Assembly (NCBI GenBank): GCA_963833985.1
Contig: CAWIAD010000002.1
Span: 6,016,001-6,080,000, forward strand
Source of the DNA: an uncultured Planctomycetaceae bacterium
Lineage (GTDB): Bacteria > Planctomycetota > Planctomycetia > Isosphaerales > Isosphaeraceae
DNA: 64,000 nucleotides
Direction of reading: 5' to 3'
The notes beneath the pieces are model-generated. The model saw only the letters and a program-made list of their open reading frames with translations. It was not told the origin of the DNA and ran no database searches. A program made the translations under genes and the position numbers. Positions 53,733 to 61,390 of this stretch are shown here, in pieces. Position 1 is the stretch's first letter; each line of letters opens with the position of its first letter.

Positions 53733-56335
53733 TTTGGGAGATTGATTTGACTGCAGATGTAGATTCTCCTGAACAGGTCTATCGCCTCGCGCTGTATGGT
53801 GTCCGGGCATCCGGAAAGACTTGCATACTGTCTGCACTCTCGCTGCCTCGCGTCGCTAACCCCAAAGGATTCTCGTGCTCCTGGATTGAGCAAGTTCCAG
53901 GGCATGCGTTCCCAACGGGTGACCCGACCACATGGACGACTGATGACCCGTTCCACGCCGGCTGGAAATGGCTCAACGAGCAACGGTGTCGCCTCAAGCG
54001 CGGCGAAATTCCTGCTCCAAACCCAAACCGCGAAGAGCCAATGCGGTTTCTGTTCGATTTCGGGTCACGCGACCACGGAACACGGCATATCGAACTGATC
54101 GATTATTCTGGGGAACTTGTCACCGCTTCTGCCAGTGAATTGGCCGCGAAGCTGCGTGACCACATGCAAGTCTGTGACGGACTCCTCGTCTTAGCGGAAG
54201 TGCCGTACCCTGGCAGAGATCACGCACCACTTGCTGACGATCTGGAGAAACTCAAGGGCGCGTTCTTATTGCTGCTGAACGGGCGTGACACCAGCCCAAG
54301 GCAAGACTGGCCGATCGCACTGCTCTTCAACAAGTGGGACCGTCGTGCCGATGCGGATTGCGACAGGCACGCCGAAGACCAGCAATTGATCGAAGAATTT
54401 CTCAATCAATCCCCTCCACCGCCGCAGTCGTCACTGATCGACACGATTACGAATGCCGTCAGTGACGATAATACTCGCTGCTTCCCAGTGAGCGCATTCG
54501 GCGCACACGAGATTCGAGGCGATGGACAAGAGGTTCCTCGACTCAATGGAACATCGCTGAAGTCACGAGGACTTGAGGACGGATTCGTTTGGGTCGCCGA
54601 TCGCTGTGATACAATCCGAGTGGAACGTCTCGAGGATGCTGCCAACGATACTTCCTGGTGGGCTTTCCCTCAGATCGTCTTCGGAAGGAAAGCCACAGCC
54701 GTTCGAACACTCGCATCCTCGTGGACCATGTGGTTTTGCGGTGTATCTGCGGCGTCCGCAATCTCAGCCGCCTGGCAACTTCGTCGACGTTTCCCGAAGA
54801 AAAGTCCTCTCCGCACTCGAACCATCGGAGCTTTGCGCAAGCTGTGGTGGAAATTCATCAGCCAGGTGGCCGTCTGCTTAATCGTACTGCTGGCGATTTT
54901 CTTCGGCATCGAGACCACTCTCGATGAAATCAATTATCGCGGCATTCTCGCAACTCGGGATGATCCGAGCGCAGAGGCCAAGCAACTGCAGCTTGGTGAA
55001 ACTTGGCTTGAGCACTATTTCGTCTCGCCGAGTTATCGACATTGGCTTTCATGCCAAACGATTCTTGACCGTTCGGATGCCCATAGTCTGCTCGTGCGAT
55101 TTCGAACACGGCGCGACGAAACTCTCTGGATGTCGGTTACCAATGCCGAGAATCCACACACACGACTGATCCTTGCCCGCAAGTACCTTGATGCGTTCCC
55201 GGCGGGATTGCACCAATCTGAAGCCCAGACAGTTGTCGCGGACGCTGATCGGCAGGAGATGCAGCACAAGAACGAAGAGTACCTGGCACAAATTGCGCTG
55301 AAGATCGACGCCATTTCGGCGAACGCAAATACACAGCTTGATGTCCTTCACAGTCTGAACGAGCAAGTGGGAACAATTCCACATCCCGAAGCGTCATCGA
55401 CATCGATTGAAACGCGCCAGGACGAGTTGAGAGGGCGCATTGCCCAGAAACAGACGGAAGTGGCCGAAGCCGTCAGACAAGCCGGCTGGGAGAAGTTCAA
55501 GCAGAGTTACTTCTCACTGATGCAGAACAAAAGTGTCGGCGATGCGGCGAGAGAGCTTGGATCTCGTGTTCCAAAGGACGCCGACTTACAGCTTCTCGTT
55601 GCGGACTTTACAAAACAAGCCCCGGCGATCATTCACGGGAAGGTGCAGGACGCACTAAAAAATCGCTCTTGGCAGATCGCCCGTGATTCTGCTCGATTGA
55701 TCACCAACCCGAATGTGGTGAAGCTACTTCCGGCGTCTTCCATCAAGGATCTTCAAAAGCTCGGAGAAGAGATTGACATCGCTGAAGATCGTGACCTTTA
55801 TGCTCAGATCAGGCGATACAAGCCGCAGTGCGGAGACCAGATTGATGCGTACCTCTCGCGAGCCCCTTTGAAGGCGATGAAAGTCGAAGTTGAGAAGTAC
55901 CGCCATTATGTTAATGCAATGAAAGAGCCCTTGGATCTGACACTCAGCCTGACCGCAATCCAATGGCACGACAAGTACTGGGCATGGCGCGTCAACTACT
56001 ACAATGACGTGACGGTTCAAGTCAGAGGAAAGCCATCGATCACGGCAACACGCGTACTGAGCAAGCCAAACACCCGAAGCGCCGATCTTGGCGATGGAAA
56101 GATAAATGCAGGCTTTAATGAGACCATTACCATCGATGTCTCAGTCGTGGCGAAATATGGATGGGTGGGCACGTCAACGATGTCCGGCGGTTCTGGAAGC
56201 TGGTCAGGCACCACAAATCAGCTTCGATCAGGAGTCACAATCGACCTCAACGGAGACGGATTCACGAACAAGGCCACGTTTTCGCTGACGGGGATTCCGC
56301 CCGAGCCACCACTGCCAGACTGGAAGATGCGATGA
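53729..56335 (+). CDS. Island operon gene C: TRAFAC-class GTPase fused to a TM helix and a large extracytoplasmic domain (start 53729 or 53747)
   Basis: G1 GVRASGKT, G3 DYSGE, G4 NKWD, G5 VSAFG; TM VAVCLIVLLAIFFGI; GTGA overlap with B. Confidence 0.85.
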   Translation: MIWEIDLTADVDSPEQVYRLALYGVRASGKTCILSALSLPRVANPKGFSCSWIEQVPGHAFPTGDPTTWTTDDPFHAGWKWLNEQRCRLKRGEIPAPNPNREEPMRFLFDFGSRDHGTRHIELIDYSGELVTASASELAAKLRDHMQVCDGLLVLAEVPYPGRDHAPLADDLEKLKGAFLLLLNGRDTSPRQDWPIALLFNKWDRRADADCDRHAEDQQLIEEFLNQSPPPPQSSLIDTITNAVSDDNTRCFPVSAFGAHEIRGDGQEVPRLNGTSLKSRGLEDGFVWVADRCDTIRVERLEDAANDTSWWAFPQIVFGRKATAVRTLASSWTMWFCGVSAASAISAAWQLRRRFPKKSPLRTRTIGALRKLWWKFISQVAVCLIVLLAIFFGIETTLDEINYRGILATRDDPSAEAKQLQLGETWLEHYFVSPSYRHWLSCQTILDRSDAHSLLVRFRTRRDETLWMSVTNAENPHTRLILARKYLDAFPAGLHQSEAQTVVADADRQEMQHKNEEYLAQIALKIDAISANANTQLDVLHSLNEQVGTIPHPEASSTSIETRQDELRGRIAQKQTEVAEAVRQAGWEKFKQSYFSLMQNKSVGDAARELGSRVPKDADLQLLVADFTKQAPAIIHGKVQDALKNRSWQIARDSARLITNPNVVKLLPASSIKDLQKLGEEIDIAEDRDLYAQIRRYKPQCGDQIDAYLSRAPLKAMKVEVEKYRHYVNAMKEPLDLTLSLTAIQWHDKYWAWRVNYYNDVTVQVRGKPSITATRVLSKPNTRSADLGDGKINAGFNETITIDVSVVAKYGWVGTSTMSGGSGSWSGTTNQLRSGVTIDLNGDGFTNKATFSLTGIPPEPPLPDWKMR

Positions 56336-57876
56336 ACGGCCTTGCGCTCTTCGCTGAAACACCGCGGGCCGGGGAGTTGGGCCACCGCTTTCTTGTGCCC
56401 TTCAATCTTTCAGTTTCGGAGTCAGAGGTTGCCGAGTTCGTTCAAGTCGCTGACAGTGACCTTTCAGTTGGCGAGAACTTTGTTGCCATTGGGCGCAAGG
56501 TTCCCCAGCGTAGCGCCGCAGGCGCAATTCGAGAAGGCCGTGAGGTCGTGGTCTTGGCGGGCATCGATGTGACACGTGTCTCCGCGCACGACTTGGCCCG
56601 GATCGTGATGTCTCTTCAAGAGTGCCTGGACAAACTTGATCAACTCGTGAGCGGCGGACTCGACTGGAATTCCATTACAGCGGGGGAAGTGATAGTCCGG
56701 CGGAAGGAGTTGCGAGATTGGCTGGACGTTCTATCGACCGTTCCTATCTCAGTAACCGAATGGCGTAATGGCCCTCGCCACCTAAGCACCATGAGGGCGA
56801 CGCCTTCACAGCAACTGCACGCCCCCATTTTCATGGTAAAGTGGCGCACGAGCCTCCTGGCGTTGTTGGCGTTCGCATTGGGAATTGCTGGAGGCGTTTC
56901 CTTCGTTAAGTTCCACTTTCTTGGCAATGCGTTGACTCAACGTGACCAGACAACCACAAACGACGATATCGCCTCACCTTCAGACGAACCCAAGCGACGT
57001 CCAAAGTCGGCCCCGGGATCCACCGTTCCAATAAGTCGTCCAGGCGGCGTGTCTGTGGACAATGCTGATGTACTTCGAAAAGCAGTTCAGACCGGTAAGG
57101 TCGATGCACTCGTGGACATTCTCACTTTGCTGCCCAGCAATGGCAGCATCGCGGCGGAGGATTTCCACGCCTTGATCGAGTTTTCCACAGGGCTCGTGGA
57201 AAAGAGTCGTTTCGACGATGGCGTGCGGATCGTCACACAGCTAATCAGGCTTCAGGGCGCACAGTCGCTCGACCAGTCAGCGGTCGCTCGGATAGAGGAT
57301 TTGCAGAGGAAGGCAAGTGAGGGGTGCGAGTCGATCAACCAACAAGACCGCCGTCTGTATGAGTCTGTGCGTGAATCCACGGACGAGCAGCAAGTTGGCG
57401 CTGCACGGCGCTATCTCGAACGCGGACCACGGCAGTCCATGTCTCAGCCTGTCAAACGCTGGATCGAGTGGGCAGAAAAGACAGTTGATGCTGAGGTGGT
57501 CCGTGTAGACCTGCAAACAGACGTACCATTGACAATCAAGTTTGCGGCCAACAAGCGAGAGATCGGCTATAGACTGGAATCTGTTGACGTCATTGCGAAT
57601 TCGCGCCCGTTGGCATTTGTTATGACGCACATTGGAATTACGCGACAACGACTGCCGGCTTCCGTTCAGGTCATAGTCGAGGCTGATAACGCCGCTCACC
57701 TGCGAGCGCCCTCGCGTTTCGTGGGCGATTTTCAAATAGGGACACGGTCGAAAGGTGTCACTCAAGTATTGTTGCAATCGGCCGGAGTACCACGACAAAC
57801 GGGGGCGATTAGCATTCGATTTCCATTACTTCAAGACACTCCCGAACTGCCCGAATGGAAAGAGGTCTTGCCATGA
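56332..57876 (+). CDS. Island operon gene D: single-pass membrane protein
   Basis: ATGA overlap with C; N-domain ETPRAGELGHRFL; TM LLALLAFALGIAGGVSFV. Confidence 0.82.
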   Translation: MNGLALFAETPRAGELGHRFLVPFNLSVSESEVAEFVQVADSDLSVGENFVAIGRKVPQRSAAGAIREGREVVVLAGIDVTRVSAHDLARIVMSLQECLDKLDQLVSGGLDWNSITAGEVIVRRKELRDWLDVLSTVPISVTEWRNGPRHLSTMRATPSQQLHAPIFMVKWRTSLLALLAFALGIAGGVSFVKFHFLGNALTQRDQTTTNDDIASPSDEPKRRPKSAPGSTVPISRPGGVSVDNADVLRKAVQTGKVDALVDILTLLPSNGSIAAEDFHALIEFSTGLVEKSRFDDGVRIVTQLIRLQGAQSLDQSAVARIEDLQRKASEGCESINQQDRRLYESVRESTDEQQVGAARRYLERGPRQSMSQPVKRWIEWAEKTVDAEVVRVDLQTDVPLTIKFAANKREIGYRLESVDVIANSRPLAFVMTHIGITRQRLPASVQVIVEADNAAHLRAPSRFVGDFQIGTRSKGVTQVLLQSAGVPRQTGAISIRFPLLQDTPELPEWKEVLP

Positions 57877-59243
57877 CCGGGCTGGGCCTGATTGTCGAGA
57901 CGCCTCGCGGTGGGAATGCTGGGCATCGCTTCCTGACTTCCCGAAGCAACGCGGGTGAAAAAGAAGTCGCCAGCGCAGCGGCCTCCGCAAGTCAATCTGC
58001 GGTTGGGCGAGCGTATATCTCCGTTTCACGGCAGGTCATTCAGCGGCTTCAAAATGGCTCGGTTCGTGAAGGTGCCGAACGGATGATATTGCATGGTCTC
58101 GACGTTGACCAACTTCAGCCCGAGCAGATCGAACAGGTCAAAATAGAGTTGACCACGCTTCTCCTATCGCTCGACAGCCTAATTCAGTCAATCGAATGGC
58201 CGTCTGATAGCCAGTCAACTGTGATCTTTCGCGAAGAGCTACGGCAGTGGGTTGACCGCGAAGTGTTTCGACATTTGCCCCGCTCGCGCTTGACTGCTTC
58301 CAGTGGCGTCCAAGATTCTGTGCCGCCCTCTCGATCCCAGTGGAAATGGTTAATCATCGGCACCTGCACTCTGGCCAGTATTATAGTGCTTTCGTTGTTT
58401 CTTGGGCGTCACGGTGGCAAATCTGAAATCGGGACTAACCAGAAGCTGTCCCCCCCATTGATCCATAACGAATCGAGAGTTCGGGAATTGGCAAGCGAGT
58501 GGCAATGTACTCCCGAAGAGGCCCTGAGTTCACTGATGCGTGCGAGCAACTGGGACCGGCGACGAGAAGCTGACAGCCTGACCTTATCAGCCGGAATGAC
58601 CGACGGTGAGATTCTTGAAATCCTCAACAAGGTCGAAGCAAGCAAGGGTTCGGATCGGTTTTGCGTCTCGCCAAGCATTGAAGGCGTTGTTGATTTCCGC
58701 CGGTTTGTAGAGGAGAGTACCTCGCTATCTGCTGAAAAAATGAGACACCGCCGTAACTGGCTATATTCTACTTGGATGCAGTTTACAGTTCTTAAGCAGG
58801 CTGCTGAAAAAGTCCATGACGCTCTGATTCAAGTGGGGACTGAGGACGCGTTCTCGCGAATGCTCGTCTCCGTTGCGGAAGTCCAAACAGAAGTTGGCCT
58901 AGGGGATACTTTTCAGAAGCCGGTGACGCCGTTGCTTGAAAGGCAAGACTTGATGATCTTCCGACTGCTGGACGACGTGCGACAGAAATGTGCTGCAGCC
59001 GGGTTCGATCAGTTCGGCACCGAAGGAAGGGGCGGCATGGCCGCCGCAGGCGAGTTAGTGACGTTTGTTGCGGAGTTGCGAGTGCATCATGAATCGGTGC
59101 GTAACGCGCTTAGAATGAGTCGCGCGAGACTCACAGATTCAATTCGCGACAAGCAAGGTGCGAACAACGCGAGCGCGGTGTTTGAAGCTTACAAGTCTTT
59201 CGAGGAGTTCCTTGAGCAGCTTTTGAAGAATCCGAATCCTTAG
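57873..59243 (+). CDS. Island operon gene E: single-pass membrane protein, N-domain paralogous to D
   Basis: ATGA overlap with D; N-domain ETPRGGNAGHRFL; TM WLIIGTCTLASIIVLSLFL. Confidence 0.82.
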   Translation: MTGLGLIVETPRGGNAGHRFLTSRSNAGEKEVASAAASASQSAVGRAYISVSRQVIQRLQNGSVREGAERMILHGLDVDQLQPEQIEQVKIELTTLLLSLDSLIQSIEWPSDSQSTVIFREELRQWVDREVFRHLPRSRLTASSGVQDSVPPSRSQWKWLIIGTCTLASIIVLSLFLGRHGGKSEIGTNQKLSPPLIHNESRVRELASEWQCTPEEALSSLMRASNWDRRREADSLTLSAGMTDGEILEILNKVEASKGSDRFCVSPSIEGVVDFRRFVEESTSLSAEKMRHRRNWLYSTWMQFTVLKQAAEKVHDALIQVGTEDAFSRMLVSVAEVQTEVGLGDTFQKPVTPLLERQDLMIFRLLDDVRQKCAAAGFDQFGTEGRGGMAAAGELVTFVAELRVHHESVRNALRMSRARLTDSIRDKQGANNASAVFEAYKSFEEFLEQLLKNPNP

Positions 59244-59340
59244 CCGGTATGCTTTCGCTGATATCCTCAGCGAACCACCGGGAGCATGGCACACGGCTCG
59301 ACGGTGATGGGCAGCTAGTAACGATACGCGGATTCACAGC

Positions 59341-59568
59341 TCAATGAAAGCTTGGCTCTAGATCCTCGCGGCGTCGCTCCAACGCAAGGCGTTCCTGGAA
59401 CGTCATTGGTTTCGCGGATGATTCGCGTGTCGTCGCTGTCTGGTCGGTAGTGAGGGCTGGTAGGTTGGCTTGCTCGGTTTCTGTAGGGTTGTCGCGGTCG
59501 GCCAATCCAGACGTGTTCGTCCTCGAAGCCAAGCTCCCCGGCATTGCCTCCCCGTGGGCTCTATTCAC
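59341..59568 (-). pseudogene. Short remnant duplicating the C-terminal tail of the neighbouring helicase-like fragment
   Basis: PMTFQERLALERRREDLEPS versus PMTFQERIAMERQRQDREPS in 59874-60353. Confidence 0.55.
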
Positions 59569-59873
59569 CGTCGCCGTCGGAGTGTTTCGTCGCGGGGTTC
59601 ACAAGCCCCGCGCCCCTGTGACGAAATTCGACAGAGGCAGAGGTGATGCTTTTCTGCTCTTTCCAGTCCATTCACCAGAGCCGGAGGTGGATTCCGAGCG
59701 GGGGTTCCTTCTACCTGGGCCATCCTGGAGTGCGGGCTGCGGCATATTCTGGTTTTTGCAACCGATTGAGCGAAGGAAGGTGGGGGTCTGGGGGCGGGAA
59801 ACTGGGGCCTCTGGTTCCCGCCCCCGGATGACTGGCGAGCGGTGGCCTTTACCGACGAACGCTCTAGCTGGCC

Positions 59874-60503
59874 TTACGGCAAGCTCGGCTCGCGATCTTG
59901 CCGTTGGCGTTCCATCGCAATTCGCTCCTGAAACGTCATCGGCTGCCCAGCAGTTAAATCATCCCCGGCTGCCGGCGGCGGCTGGAGAACTGATGGTTCC
60001 GGCGAAACATCGCCTTCGACAGGGTGATCCGATGCGAAATTCGCTTCCTGCCGCTTGCGTATGCGAGCGGTGATCGGTTCCTCGGCCGTTGCTTGCTTCG
60101 ACTGAACTCGCTGTGGCGTGGCTTCTATTGTGTTGGCGGCTTTCAGTGCCTTGACCCTCTCGGCCAGTTCCGAAACGGTCGGACCGTCTTCGTTGCTTGC
60201 TTCATGAGCCGTGGCGGATAGACCGGCCTTGAGCTGGTCGCGCAGGCTGGTGAATTCGGATAGGTAGGCGTCGTGTGCGAATGGCTTGCCCAAACGCTCG
60301 CGGTAATCACGCAGCTGCGATTCGGCGATGGCCAGGTCCTGCCGGACGCGCACTCACTCGGAGCCGTAGCCAGTGACCAGGCGTTCGAGGGCGTTCAGCA
60401 CGGCACGCGGCCCCTGGTGGTCGCGCGACAGCGTGGACAGGCGTGTGATCGCGCCTTCCAGAAACACGTCCGGCGGGAATTTGCGGGTGCAGGATCAGGT
60501 CAA
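59874..60503 (-). pseudogene. C-terminal remnant of a large mobile-element helicase/methylase-type gene
   Basis: LILHPQ/FPPDVFLEGA...GPRAVLNALERL...SE*VRVRQDLAIAESQLRDYRERLGKPF with a frameshift and internal stop and no 5' part; family recalled, not searched. Confidence 0.55.
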
Positions 60504-60529
60504 TGCAACGGAACGGGTTGTACACCGAA

Positions 60530-60720
60530 TGGCGAAACGGAGGACGGGACTTGAACTGCCTAATGTCTGATCATGAAGCCAATTACGTCAAATCATGCGA
60601 AATCGTGAAGCATCCCCGAGGACCATTGAACTCGATGATCGAGTCGCAAGTCTCGTCTGAACGGGGAGAAAGCCCTTCGACGTACTCGTCGAAGGGCGTT
60701 TTCTAAAAACAAGCGGAGAG
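60530..60720 (+). pseudogene. C-terminal remnant of a site-specific (probably large serine) recombinase running into the att site
   Basis: VASLV*TGRKPFDVLVEGRFLKTSGE in one frame ending in the direct repeat. Confidence 0.6.
60672..60697 (-). terminator. Hairpin downstream of tRNA-Ser (probable intrinsic terminator)
   Basis: GCCCTTCGAC-GTACTC-GTCGAAGGGC 10-bp stem with short T-runs on both strands. Confidence 0.6.
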
Positions 60721-60802
60721 GGTGGGATTCGAACCCACGTCGCAGCTTTCGCCACGAACGGCATTTCCAGTGCCGCACCTTCGGCCTCTCGGTCACCTCT
60801 CC
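60714..60802 (-). tRNA. tRNA-Ser (anticodon GGA), no encoded CCA
   Basis: Acceptor stem GGAGAGG/CCTCTCC, anticodon arm CGGCA-CTGGAAA-TGCCG, long variable arm, T-loop GTTCGAATC, discriminator G. Confidence 0.96.
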
Positions 60803-61390
60803 AGAACGGTCCAAACTTTTGTCTTCCAGGTAGTTGCGTCAGTCCGCTTGCCCCAGGGTTCTTGTGCCGAGCGCGGTCGCGGATCTTGGCGACCCTTTTG
60901 CCGTAATGGGCGTCGGCGATACGGCTTTTTTACCACGAGTGCCGCCCTTGCGTCCAGGAGTTGCGTCGATCCGCACGGAACGTTTTCGCCCGATTCATGA
61001 CCGGCCGGTTCCAAGAGCAGTAACTCGTGCTCCAGCCGCCGGCGCCTCACTTGGAATGCCTGTGATTGCCCTCGGTCCCGGGCAGCCTTGACTGACGGTT
61101 CATCCTTGTGCAACCACTCTCGCTGGCGGCCTTACGATTGGTGAGATCTGCGAGATCTGCGAATTGAGAACTTGAACATCTCGCTCATCGGTTCCTCGGG
61201 TTCGAGAAGGACCCATCCGGTGACATTTTGCGCTTACTGGACAACCTTCAGCTATCCCGATCCTTGCTTGCGGCGATGGGGAAGCATTTCGGGGGGCGCT
61301 CTGTTACGATTGCATTCTCTGAACGAAACAGCCGCTCAGACAAGCCTCCTTGGCACGGAGACGTAACCCCTCGACGAGTTGAGGTGGACG

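Larger units (their letters stand above)
48863..60721. mobile_element. Decayed integrative element / genomic island at the tRNA-Ser 3' end
   Basis: AGCGGAGAGG direct repeat at 48863-48872 and 60712-60721 (overlaps the tRNA 3' end), visibly lower GC cargo, recombinase and helicase remnants, XRE regulator. Confidence 0.8.

Noticed and set aside
50722..59243. Assignment of the operon to dynamin-like, type VI or type VII secretion systems
   Set aside because: No recognisable dynamin stalk arrangement, TssM/TssL partners, FtsK ATPase or WXG100 genes by eye; left unassigned.
60354..60356. In-frame TGA in the helicase-like remnant as recoding
   Set aside because: The fragment also has a frameshift and lacks its 5' part; this is ordinary decay.
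60714..60802. tRNA-Sec (selC), given the Sec candidate
   Set aside because: The anticodon is GGA with a standard 7-bp acceptor stem, so it is tRNA-Ser.
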